DNA from: Eledone cirrhosa
Taxonomy: Eukaryota
Length of the DNA stretch: 64,000 nt
Direction: 5' to 3'
Assembly: GCA_964016885.1 (NCBI GenBank)
Contig: OZ024740.1
Span: 440,200,001 to 440,264,000, forward strand
Part shown: piece by piece, positions 15,001-30,000 of the stretch
Layout: each line of letters opens with the position of its first letter
How positions within the stretch are numbered: position 1 is the stretch's first letter
Notes under the pieces: generated by a model
What the model was told of the DNA's origin: nothing
Database searches by the model: none
Seen by the model: only the letters and a program-made list of their open reading frames with translations
Translations under genes and position numbers: made by a program

Positions 15001-18000
15001 GGGATTATATGTAATATAGACTGGGGTTAATTTCAATGATCATATATAATATAGGATGGAGTTAGTTTCTGTGATTATATGTAATATAGGATGGGGTTAA
15101 TTTCAGTGATTATATGTAACATAGGATGGGGTTAATTTCAGTGATTATATGTAATATAGGATGGGGTTAATTTCAGTGATTATATGTAATATAGACTAGG
15201 GTTAATTTCAGTGATTAAATGTAATATAGGCTGGGGTTAATTTCAACGATTATATATCATATAGACAGGGGTTAATTTCAGTGATTATATGTATTATAGA
15301 TGGGGTCCATTTCAGTGATTATGAGTAATATAGACTGGGGTTAATTTCAGTGATTATATGTAATATAGAGTGAGGTTAATTTCAATGATTATATATAATA
15401 TAGGATGGGGTTAATTTTTGGGATTATATGTAATATAGGATGGGTTAATTTCAGTGATTATATGTAATATAGGATGGGGTTAATTTCAGTGATTATATGT
15501 AATATAGACTAGGGTTAATTTCAGTGATTATATGTAATATAGACTAGAGTTAATTTCACTGATTATATGTAATATAGACTGGGGTTAATTTCAGTGATTA
15601 TATGTAATATAGGATGGGGTTAATTTCAGTGATTATATGTAATAAAGACTGGGGTTAATTTCAGTGATTATATGTAATATAGGATGGGATTAATTTCAGT
15701 GATTATATGTAATATAGACTGGGTTAATTTCAGTGAATATATGGAATATAGGATGGGGTTAATTTCAGTGATTATATGTAATATAGACTGGGTTTAATTT
15801 CAGTGATTATATGTAATATAGACTGGGGTTAATTTCAGTGATTATATGTAATATAGACTGGGGTTAATTTCAGAGGATTATATGTAATATTGGATGGGGT
15901 TAATTTCAGTGATTATATGTAATATAAACTGTGGTTAATTTCAGTGATTATATGTAATATATAGTGGGGTTAATTTCAATGATTATATGTAATATAGGAT
16001 GGGGTTAATTTCAGTGATTATATGTAATATAGGATGGGGTTAATTTCAGTGATTATATGTAATATAGACTGGGTTTAATTTCAGTGATTATATGTAATAT
16101 AGGCTGGGGTTAATTTCAACGATTATATATAATATAGACTGGGGTTAATTTCAGTGATTATATGTAATATAGGATGGGGTTAATTTCAGTGATTATATGT
16201 AATATAGACTGGGGTTAATTTCAGTGATTATATTTAATATAGACTGGGGTTAATTTCAATGATTATATATAATATAGGATGGGGTTAATTTCCTGGATTA
16301 TATGTAATATAGGATGGGTTAATTTCAGTGATTATATGTAATATAGGATGGGGTTAATTTCAGTGATTATATGTAATATAGACTAGGGTTAATTTCAGTG
16401 ATTATATGTAATATAGACTGGGGTTAATTTCAGTGATTATATGTAATATAGGATGGGGTTAATTTCAGTGATTATATGTAATAAAGACTGGGGTTAATTT
16501 CAGTTATTACATGTAATATAGGATGGGATTAATTTCAGTGATTATATGTAATATAGACTGGGGTTAATTTCAGTGATTATATGTAATATAGCCTAGGTTT
16601 AATTTCAGTGATTATATGTAATATAGACTAGGGTTAATTTCAATGATTATATATAATATAGGATGGGGTTAATTTCAGTGATTATATTTAATGTAGGATG
16701 GGGTTAATTTCAGTGATTATATATGAAATAAATGGGGTTAATTTCAGTGATTATAAATAATATACACTGTGGTTAATTTCAGTGATCATATGTAATATAG
16801 ACTGGGGTTAATTTCAGTGATTATATGTAATATAGACTAGGGTTAATTTCAGTGATTATATGTAATATAGACTGGGGTTAATTTCAGTGATTATATGTAA
16901 TATACACTGGGGTTAATTTCAATGATCATATGTAATATAGACTGTGATTAATTTCAGTTATTATATGCAATATAGACTGGGGTTAATTTCAGTGATTATA
17001 TGTAACATATACTGGGGTTAATTTCAGTGATTATATGTAATATAGACTGGGGTTAATTTCAGTGATTATATGGAATATAGGATGGGGTTAATTTCAGTGA
17101 TTATATGTAATATAGACTGGGTTTAATTTCAGTGATTATATGTAATATAGGATGGGATTAATTTCAGTGATTATATGTAATATAGAATGGGGTTAATTTC
17201 AGTGATTATATGTAACATAGACTGGGGTTAATTTCAGTGGTTATATGTAATATAGACTAGGGTTAATTTCAGTGATTATATGTAATATAGACTGGGGTTA
17301 ATTTCAGGGATTATATGTAATATAGACTGGGGTTAATTTCAATGATCATATATAATATAGGATGGAGTTAGTTTCTGTGATTATATGTAATATAGGATGG
17401 GGTTAATTTCAGTGATTATATGTAACATAGGATGGGGTTAATTTCAGTGATTATATGTAATATAGGATGGGGTTAATTTCAGTGATTATATGTAATATAG
17501 ACTAGGGTTAATTTCAGTGATTAAATGTAATATAGGCTGGGGTTAATTTCAACGATTATATATCATATAGACAGGGGTTAATTTCAGTGATTATATGTAT
17601 TATAGATGGGGTCCATTTCAGTGATTATGAGTAATATAGACTGGGGTTAATTTCAGTGATTATATGTAATATAGAGTGAGGTTAATTTCAATGATTATAT
17701 ATAATATAGGATGGGGTTAATTTTTGGGATTATATGTAATATAGGATGGGTTAATTTCAGTGATTATATGTAATATAGACTGGGGTTAATCTCAGAGGAT
17801 TATATGTAATATTGGATGGGGTTAATTTCAGTGATTATATGTAATATAGACTGGGGTTAATTTCAGTGATTATATGTAATATAGGAGGGGTTAATTTCAG
17901 TGATTATATGTAATATATGCTGGGGTTAATTTCAGTGATTATATGTAATATAGGATGGGGTTAATTTCAGTGATTATATGTAATATAGGATGAGGTTAAT

Positions 18001-21000
18001 TTCAGTGATTATATGTAATATAGGATAGGGTTAATTTCAGTGATTATATGTAGTATAGCCTAGGTTTAATTTCATTGATTATATGTAATATAGACAGGGG
18101 TTAATTTCAGTGATTATATGTAATATAGGATGGGGTTAATTTCAGTGATTATATGTAATATAGGATGGGGTTCATTTTAGTGATTATATGTGATATAGAC
18201 TGGAGTTAATTTCAGTGATTATATGTAATATAGGATGGGGTTAATTTCAGTGATTATATGTAATATAAGATGAGGTTAATTTCAGTTATTATATGTAATA
18301 TAGGATGGGGTTAATTTCAGTGATTATATGTAATATATACTGGGGTTATTTTCAGTGATTATATGTAGTATAGACTGGGGTTAATTTCAGTGATTATATG
18401 TAATATAGACTAGGGTTAATTTCAGTGATTATATGTAATATAGACTAGGGTTAATTTCAGTGATTATATATAATATAGGATGGGGTTAATTTCTGTGATT
18501 ATATGTAATATAGGATGGGGTTAATTTAAGTGATTATATGTAATATAGGATGGGGTTAATTTCAGTGATTATATGTAATATAGACTGGGGTTAACTTCAG
18601 TGATTATATGTTATATAGACTGGGGTTAATTTCAGTGATTATATGTTATATAGACTGGGGTTAATTTCAATGATGATATATAATATAGACTAGGGTTAAT
18701 TTCAGTGATTATATGCAATATAGGATGAGGTTAATTTCAGTGATGATATGTAATATAGGATGGGATTAATTTCAGTGATTATATGTAATATAGACTAGGG
18801 TTAATTTCACTGATTATATGTAATATAGACTGGGGTTAATTTCAATGATTATATATAATATAGGATTGGGTTAATTTCAGTGATTATATTTAATATAGGA
18901 TGGGGTTAATTTCAGTGATTATATGTAATATAGACGGGGTTAAATTCAGTGATTATAAGTAACATAGACTGGGGTTAATTTCAGTGATTATATGTAAGAT
19001 AGGATGAGGTTAATTTCAGTGATTATATGTAATATAGGATGGGGTTAATTTCAGTGATTATATGTAAGATAGGATGAGGTTAATTTCAGTGATTATATGT
19101 AATATAGGATGGGGTTAATTTCAGTGATTATATGTAAGATAGGATGAGGTTAATTTCAGTGATTATATGTAATATAGGATGGGGTTAATTTCAGTGATTA
19201 TATGTAATATAGACTGGGGTTAATTTCAGTGATTATATGTAATATATAGTGGGGTTAATTTCAGTGATTATATGTTATATAGGATGGGGTTAATTTCAGT
19301 GATTATATGTAATATAGACTGGGGTTAATTTCAGTGATTATATGTAATATAGGATGGGGTTAATTTCAGTGATTATATGTAATATATGCTGGGGTTAATT
19401 TCAGTGATTATATGTAATATAGGATGGGGTTAATTTCAGTGAATATATGTAATATAGGATGGGGTTAATTTCAGTGATAATATGTAATATAGCCTAGGTT
19501 TAATTTCAGTGATTATATGTAATATAGGCTGGGGTTAATTTCAATGATTATATATAATATAGGATGGGGTTAATTTCAGTGATTATATGTAATATAGACT
19601 AGGGTTAATTTCAGTGATTATATGTAATATAGGCTGGGGTTAATTTCAACGATTATATATAATATAGACTGGGGTTAATTTCAGTGATTATATGTAATAT
19701 AGACTGGGGTTAATTTCAGTGATTATATTTAATATAGACTGGGGTTAATTTCAATGATTATATATAATATAGGATGGGGTTAATTTCCTGGATTATATGT
19801 AATATAGGATGGGTTAATTTCAGTGATTATATGTAATATAGGATGGGGTTAATTTCAGTGATTATATGTAATATAGACTAGGGTTAATTTCAGTGATTAT
19901 ATGTAATATAGACTGGGGTTAATTTCAGTGATTATATGTAATATAGGATGGGGTTAATTTCAGTGATTATATGTAATAAAGACTGGGGTTAATTTCAGTT
20001 ATTACATGTAATATAGGATGGGATTAATTTCAGTGATTATATGTAATATAGACTGGGGTTAATTTCAGTGATTATATGTAATATAGCCTAGGTTTAATTT
20101 CAGTGATTATATGTAATATAGACTAGGGTTAATTTCAATGATTATATATAATATAGGATGGGGTTAATTTCAGTGATTATATTTAATGTAGGATGGGGTT
20201 AATTTCAGTGATTATATATGAAATAAATGGGGTTAATTTCAGTGATTATAAATAATATACACTGTGGTTAATTTCAGTGATCATATGTAATATAGACTGG
20301 GGTTAATTTCAGTGATTATATGTAATATAGACTAGGGTTAATTTCAGTGATTATATGTAATATAGACTGGGGTTAATTTCAGTGATTATATGTAATATAC
20401 ACTGGGGTTAATTTCAATGATCATATGTAATATAGACTGTGATTAATTTCAATTATTATATGCAATATAGACTGGGGTTAATTTCAGTGATTATATGTAA
20501 CATATACTGGGGTTAATTTCAGTGATTATATGTAATATAGACTGGGGTTAATTTCAGTGATTATATGGAATATAGGATGGGGTTAATTTCAGTGATTATA
20601 TGTAATATAGACTGGGTTTAATTTCAGTGATTATATGTAATATAGGATGGGATTAATTTCAGTGATTATATGTAATATAGAATGGGGTTAATTTCAGTGA
20701 TTATATGTAACATAGACTGGGGTTAATTTCAGTGGTTATATGTAATATAGACTAGGGTTAATTTCAGTGATTATATGTAATATAGACTGGGGTTAATTTC
20801 AGGGATTATATGTAATATAGACTGGGGTTAATTTCAATGATCATATATAATATAGGATGGAGTTAGTTTCTGTGATTATATGTAATATAGGATGGGGTTA
20901 ATTTCAGTGATTATATGTAACATAGGATGGGGTTAATTTCAGTGATTATATGTAATATAGGATGGGGTTAATTTCAGTGATTATATGTAATATAGACTAG

Positions 21001-24000
21001 GGTTAATTTCAGTGATTAAATGTAATATAGGCTGGGGTTAATTTCAACGATTATATATCATATAGACAGGGGTTAATTTCAGTGATTATATGTATTATAG
21101 ATGGGGTCCATTTCAGTGATTATGAGTAATATAGACTGGGGTTAATTTCAGTGATTATATGTAATATAGAGTGAGGTTAATTTCAATGATTATATATAAT
21201 ATAGGATGGGGTTAATTTTTGGGATTATATGTAATATAGGATGGGTTAATTTCAGTGATTATATGTAATATAGGATGGGGTTAATTTCAGTGATTATATG
21301 TAATATAGACTAGGGTTAATTTCAGTGATTATATGTAATATAGACTAGAGTTAATTTCACTGATTATATGTAATATAGACTGGGGTTAATTTCAGTGATT
21401 ATATGTAATATAGGATGGGGTTAATTTCAGTGATTATATGTAATAAAGACTGGGGTTAATTTCAGTGATTATATGTAATATAGGATGGGATTAATTTCAG
21501 TGATTATATGTAATATAGACTGGGTTAATTTCAGTGAATATATGGAATATAGGATGGGGTTAATTTCAGTGATTATATGTAATATAGACTGGGTTTAATT
21601 TCAGTGATTATATGTAATATAGACTGGGGTTAATTTCAGTGATTATATGTAATATAGACTGGGGTTAATTTCAGAGGATTATATGTAATATTGGATGGGG
21701 TTAATTTCAGTGATTATATGTAATATAAACTGTGGTTAATTTCAGTGATTATATGTAATATATAGTGGGGTTAATTTCAATGATTATATGTAATATAGGA
21801 TGGGGTTAATTTCAGTGATTATATGTAATATAGGATGGGGTTAATTTCAGTGATTATATGTAATATAGACTGGGTTTAATTTCAGTGATTATATGTAATA
21901 TATAGTGGGGTTAATTTCAGTGATTATATGTAATATAGACTGGGGTTAATTTCAGTGATTATATGTAATATATGCTGGGGTTAATTTCAGTGATTATATG
22001 TAATATAGGATGGGGTTAATTTCAGTGATTATATGTAAGATAGACTGGGGTTAATTTCAGTGATTATATGTAATATAGACTAGAGTTAATTTCAGTGATT
22101 ATATGTAATATAGACTGGGGTAAATTTCAGTGATTATATGTAATATAGGATGGGGTTAATTTCAGTGATTATATGTAATATAGACCAGGGTTAATTTCAG
22201 TGATTATATGTAATATAGACTGGGGTTAATTTCAGTGATTATATGTAATATAGGATGTGGTTAATTTCAGTGATTATATGTAATAAAGGATGTGGTTAAT
22301 TTCAGTGATTATATGTAATATAGGATGGGATTAATTTCAGTGATTATATGTAATATAGACAGGGGTTAATTTCAGTGATTATATGTAATATAGACTGGGG
22401 TTAATTTCAATGATTATATGTAATATAGACTGGGGTTAATTTCAGTGATTATATGTAATATAGACTGGGGTTAATTTCAGTGATTATATGTAATATATGC
22501 TGGGGTTAATTTCAGTGATTATATGTAATATAGGATGGGATTAATTTCAGTGATTATATGTAATATAGACTGGGGTTAATTTCAGTGATTATATGTAATA
22601 TAGACTGGGGTTAATTTCAATGATTATATGTAATATAGACTGGGGTTAATTTCAGTGAATATATGGAATATAGGATGGGGTTAATTTCAGTGATTATATG
22701 TAATATAGACTGGGTTTAATTTCAGTGATTATATGTAATATAGACTGGGGTTAATTTCAGTGATTATATGTAATATAGACTGGGGTTAATTTCAGAGGAT
22801 TATATGTAATATTGGATGGGGTTAATTTCAGTGATTATATGTAATATAAACTGGGGTTAATTTCAGTGATTATATGTAATATATAGTGGGGTTAATTTCA
22901 ATGATTATATGTAATATAGGATGGGGTTAATTTCAGTGATTATATGTAATATAGGATGGGGTTAATTTCAGTGATTATATGTAATATAGACTGGGTTTAA
23001 TTTCAGTGATTATATGTAATATATAGTGGGGTTAATTTCAGTGATTATATGTAATATAGACTGGGGTTAATTTCAGTGATTATATGTAATATAGGATGGG
23101 GTTAATTTCAGTGATTATATGTAATATAGGATGGGGTTAATTTCAGTGATTATATGTAATGTAGCCTAGGTTTAATTTCAGGGATTATATGTAATATATA
23201 CTGGGGTTAATTTCAGTGATTACATGTAATATAGACTGGGGTTAATTTCAGTGATTATATGTAATATAGGATGGGATTAATTTCAGTGATTATATGTAAT
23301 ATAGGATGGGGTTAATTTCAGTGATTATATGTAATATAGACTGGGGTTAATTTCAGTGATTATATGTAATATGGGATGTGGTTAATTTCAGTGATTATAT
23401 GTAATAAAGGATGTGGTTAATTTCAGTGATTATATGTAATATAGGATGGGATTAATTTCAGTGATTATATGTAATATAGACTGGGGTTAATTTCAGTGAT
23501 TATATGTAATATAGACTGGGGTTAATTTCAATGATTATATGTAATATAGACTGGGGTTAATTTCAGTGATTATATGTAATATAGACTGGGGTTAATTTCA
23601 GTGATTATATGTAATATATGCTGGGGTTAATTTCAGTGATTATATGTAATATAGGATGGGGTTAATTTCAGTGACTATATGTAATTTAGACTGGGATTAA
23701 TTTCAGTGATTATATGTAATATAGACTGGGGTTAATTTCAGTGATTATATGTAATATATGCTGCGGTTAATTTCAGTGATTATATGTAATATAGACTAGA
23801 GTTAATTTCAGTGATTATATGTAATATAGACTGTGGTTAATTTCAATGATTATATATAATATAGGATAGGGTTAATATCAGTGATTATATTTAATATCGG
23901 ATGGGGTTAATTTCAGTGATTATATGTAATATAGACTAGAGTTAATTTCAGTGATTATATGTAATATAGACTGGGGTTAATTTCAATGATTATATATAAT

Positions 24001-27000
24001 ATAGGATAGGGTTAATATCAGTGATTATATTTAATATCGGATGGGGTTAATTTCAGTGATTATATGTAATATAGACTAGAGTTAATTTCAGTGATTATAT
24101 GTAATATAGACTGGGGTTAATTTCAGTGATTATATGTAATATAGACTGTGGTTAATTTCAATGATCATATATAATATAGGATGGGGTTAGTTTCTGTGAT
24201 TATATGTAATATAGGATGGGGTTAATTTCATTGATTATATGTAATATAGGATGGGGTTAATTTCAGTGATTATATTTAATATAGACTAGGGTTAATTTCA
24301 GTGATTATATGTAATATAGGCTGGGTTAATTTCAACAATTATATATAATATAGACTGGGGTTAATTTCAGTGAATATATGTAATATAGACTAGGGTTAAT
24401 TTCAGTGGTTATATGTAATATAGACTGCGGTTAATTTCAGTGATTATATGTAATATAGATTGGGATTAATTTCAGTGATTATATGTAATATAGGATGGGG
24501 TTAATTTCAGTGATTATATGTAATAAAGACTGGGTTAATTTTAGTGATTATATGTAATATATGCTGGGGTTAATTTCAGTGATTATATGTAATATAGACT
24601 GGGGTTAATTTCAGTGGTTATATGTAATATATGCTGGGGTTAATTTCAGTGATTATATGTAATATAGGATGGGGTTAATTTCAGTGATTATATGTAATAT
24701 AGACTGGGGTTAATTTCAGTGATTATATGTAATATAGACTGGGGTTAATTTCAGTGATTATATGTAATATAGACTGGGGTTAATTTCAGTGATTATATGT
24801 AATATAGACTAGAGTTAATTTCAGTGATTATATGTAATATAGACTGGGGTAAATTTCAGTGATTATATGTAATATATGCTGGGGTTAATTTCAGTGATTA
24901 TATGTAATATAGACTGGGGTTAATTTCAGTGTTTATATGTAATATATGCTGGGGTTAATTTCAGTGATTATATGTAATATAGGATGGGGTTAATTTCAGT
25001 GATTATATGTAATATAGACTGGGGTTAATTTCAGTGATTATATGTAACATAGATGGGGTTAATTTCAATGATTATATGTAATATAGACTGGGGTTAATTT
25101 CAGTGATTATATGTAATATATGCTGGGGTTAATTTCAGTGATTATATGTAATATAGACTGGGGTTAATTTCAGTGATTATATGTAATATAGACTAGAGTT
25201 AATTTCAGTGATTATATGTAATATAGACTGGGGTAAATTTCAGTGATTATATGTAATATAGGATGGGGTTAATTTCAGTGATTATATGTAATATAGACCA
25301 GGGTTAATTTCAGTGATTATATGTAATATAGACTGGGTTTAATTTCAGTGATTATATGTAATATAGGATGTGGTTAATTTCAGTGATTATATGTAATAAA
25401 GGATGTGGTTAATTTCAGTGATTATATGTAATATAGGATGGGATTAATTTCATTGATTATATGTAATTTAGACTGGGGTTAATTTCAGTGATTATATGTA
25501 ATATAGACTGGGGTTAATTTCAATGATTATATGTAATATAGACTGGGGTTAATTTCAGTGATTATATGTAATATAGACTGGGGTTAATTTCAGTGATTAT
25601 ATGTAATATATACTGGGGTTAATTTCAGTGATTATATGTAATATAGGATGGGGTTAATTTCAGTGATTATATGTAAGATAGACTGGGGTTAATTTCAGTG
25701 ATTATATGTAATATAGACTGGGGTTAATTTCAATGATTATATGTAATATAGACTGGGGTTAATTTCAGTGATTATATGTAATATAGACTGGGGTTAATTT
25801 CAGTGATTATATGTAATATATGCTGGGGTTAATTTCAGTGATTATATGTAATATAGGATGGGGTTAATTTCAGTGACTATATGTAATATAGACTGGGATT
25901 AATTTCAGTGATTATATGTAATATAGACTGGGGTTAATTTCAGTGATTATATGTAATATATGCTGCGGTTAATTTCAGTGATTATATGTAATATAGACTA
26001 GAGTTAATTTCAGTGATTATATGTAATATAGACTGGGGTTAATTTCAATGATTATATATAATATAGGATAGGGTTAATATCAGTGATTATATTTAATATC
26101 GGATGGGGTTAATTTCAGTGATTATATGTAATATAGACTAGAGTTAATTTCAGTGATTATATGTAATATAGACTGGGGTTAATTTCAATGATTATATATA
26201 ATATAGGATAGGGTTAATATCAGTGATTATATTTAATATCGGATGGGGTTAATTTCAGTGATTATATGTAATATAGACTAGAGTTAATTTCAGTGATTAT
26301 ATGTAATATAGACTGGGGTTAATTTCAGTGATTATATGTAATATAGACTGTGGTTAATTTCAATGATCATATATAATATAGGATGGGGTTAGTTTCTGTG
26401 ATTATATGTAATATAGGATGGGGTTAATTTCATTGATTATATGTAATATAGGATGGGGTTAATTTCAGTGATTATATTTAATATAGACTAGGGTTAATTT
26501 CAGTGATTATATGTAATATAGGCTGCGTTAATTTCAACAATTATATATAATATAGACTGGGGTTAATTTCAGTGAATATATGTAATATAGACTAGGGTTA
26601 ATTTCAGTGGTTATATGTAATATAGACTGCGGTTAATTTCAGTGATTATATGTAATATAGATTGGGATTAATTTCAGTGATTATATGTAATATAGGATGG
26701 GGTTAATTTCAGTGATTATATGTAATAAAGACTGGGTTAATTTCAGTGATTATATGTAATATATGCTGGGGTTAATTTCAGTGATTATATGTAATATAGA
26801 CTGGGGTTAATTTCAGTGGTTATATGTAATATATGCTGGGGTTAATTTCAGTGATTATATGTAATATAGGATGGGGTTAATTTCAGTGATTATATGTAAT
26901 ATAGACTGGGGTTAATTTCAGTGATTATATGTAATATAGACTGGGGTTAATTTCAGTGATTATATGTAACATAGATGGGGTTAATTTCAATGATTATATG

Positions 27001-30000
27001 TAATATAGACTGGGGTTAATTTCAGTGATTATATGTAATATATGCTGGGGTTAATTTCAGTGATTATATGTAATATAGACTGGGGTTAATTTCAGTGATT
27101 ATATGTAATATAGACTAGAGTTAATTTCAGTGATTATATGTAATATAGACTGGGGTAAATTTCAGTGATTATATGTAATATATGCTGGGGTTAATTTCAG
27201 TGATTATATGTAATATAGACTGGGGTTAATTTCAGTGTTTATATGTAATATATGCTGGGGTTAATTTCAGTGATTATATGTAATATAGGATGGGGTTAAT
27301 TTCAATGATTATATGTAATATAGACTGGGGTTAATTTCAGTGATTATATGTAACATAGATGGGGTTAATTTCAATGATTATATGTAATATAGACTGGGGT
27401 TAATTTCAGTGATTATATGTAATATATGCAGGGGTTAATTTCAGTGATTATATGTAATATAGACTGGGGTTAATTTCAGTGATTATATGTAATATAGACT
27501 AGAGTTAATTTCAGTGATTATATGTAATATAGACTGGGGTAAATTTCAGTGATTATATGTAATATAGGATGGGGTTAATTTCAGTGATTATATGTAATAT
27601 AGACCAGTGTTAATTTCAGTGATTATATGTAATATAGACTGGGTTTAATTTCAGTGATTATATGTAATATAGGATGTGGTTAATTTCAGTGATTATATGT
27701 AATAAAGGATGTGGTTAATTTCAGTGATTATATGTAATATAGGATGGGATTAATTTCATTGATTATATGTAATTTAGACTGGGGTTAATTTCAGTGATTA
27801 TATGTAATATAGACTGGGGTTAATTTCAATGATTATATGTAATATAGACTGGGGTTAATTTCAGTGATTATATGTAATATAGACTGGGGTTAATTTCAGT
27901 GATTATATGTAATATATGCTGGGGTTAATTTCAGTGATTATATGTAATATAGGATGGGGTTAATTTCAGTGACTATATGTAATATAGACTGGGATTAATT
28001 TCAGTGATTATATGTAATATAGACTGGGTTTAATTTCAGTGATTATATGTAATATAGGATGTGGTTAATTTCAGTGATTATATGTAATAAAGGATGTGGT
28101 TAATTTCAGTGATTATATGTAATATAGGATGGGATTAATTTCATTGATTATATGTAATTTAGACTGGGGTTAATTTCAGTGATTATATGTAATATAGACT
28201 GGGGTTAATTTCAATGATTATATGTAATATAGACTGGGGTTAATTTCAGTGATTATATGTAATATAGACTGGGGTTAATTTCAGTGATTATATGTAATAT
28301 ATGCTGGGGTTAATTTCAGTGATTATATGTAATATAGGATGGGGTTAATTTCAGTGATTATATGTAAGATAGACTGGGGTTAATTTCAGTGATTATATGT
28401 AATATAGACTAGAGTTAATTTCAGTGATTATATGTAATATAGACTGGGGTAAATTTCAGTGATTATATGTAATATAGACTGGGGTTAATTTCAGTGATTA
28501 TATGTAATATGGGATGTGGTTAATTTCAGTGATTATATGTAATAAAGGATGTGGTTAATTTCAGTGATTATATGTAATATAGGATGGGATTAATTTCAGT
28601 GATTATATGTAATATAGACTGGGGTTAATTTCAGTGATTATATGTAATATAGACTGGGGTTAATTTCAATGATTATATGTAATATAGACTGGGGTTAATT
28701 TCAGTGATTATATGTAATATAGACTGGGGTTAATTTCAGTGATTATATGTAATATATGCTGGGGTTAATTTCAGTGATTATATGTAATATAGGATGGGGT
28801 TAATTTCAGTGACTATATGTAATATAGACTGGGATGAATTTCAGTGATTATATGTAATATAGACTGGGGTTAATTTCAGTGATTATATGTAATATATGCT
28901 GCGGTTAATTTCAGTGATTATATGTAATATAGACTAGAGTTAATTTCAGTGATTATATGTAATATAGACTGGGGTTAATTTCAATGATTATATATAATAT
29001 AGGATAGGGTTAATATCAGTGATTATATTTAATATCGGATGGGGTTAATTTCAGTGATTATATGTAATATAGACTAGAGTTAATTTCAGTGATTATATGT
29101 AATATAGACTGGGGTTAATTTCAATGATTATATATAATATAGGATAGGGTTAATATCAGTGATTATATTTAATATCGGATGGGGTTAATTTCAGTGATTA
29201 TATGTAATATAGACTAGAGTTAATTTCAGTGATTATATGTAATATAGACTGGGGTTAATTTCAGTGATTATATGTAATATAGACTGTGGTTAATTTCAAT
29301 GATCATATATAATATAGGATGGGGTTAGTTTCTGTGATTATATGTAATATAGGATGGGGTTAATTTCATTGATTATATGTAATATAGGATGGGGTTAATT
29401 TCAGTGATTATATTTAATATAGACTAGGGTTAATTTCAGTGATTATATGTAATATAGGCTGGGTTAATTTCAACAATTATATATAATATAGACTGGGGTT
29501 AATTTCAGTGAATATATGTAATATAGACTAGGGTTAATTTCAGTGGTTATATGTAATATAGACTGCGGTTAATTTCAGTGATTATATGTAATATAGATTG
29601 GGATTAATTTCAGTGATTATATGTAATATAGGATGGGGTTAATTTCAGTGATTATATGTAATAAAGACTGGGTTAATTTCAGTGATTATATGTAATATAT
29701 GCTGGGGTTAATTTCAGTGATTATATGTAATATAGACTGGGGTTAATTTCAGTGGTTATATGTAATATATGCTGGGGTTAATTTCAGTGATTATATGTAA
29801 TATAGGATGGGGATAATTTCAGTGATTATATGTAATATAGACTGGGGTTAATTTCAGTGATTATATGTAATATAGACTGGGGTTAATTTCAGTGATTATA
29901 TGTAACATAGATGGGGTTAATTTCAATGATTATATGTAATATAGACTGGGGTTAATTTCAGTGATTATATGTAATATATGCTGGGGTTAATTTCAGTGAT

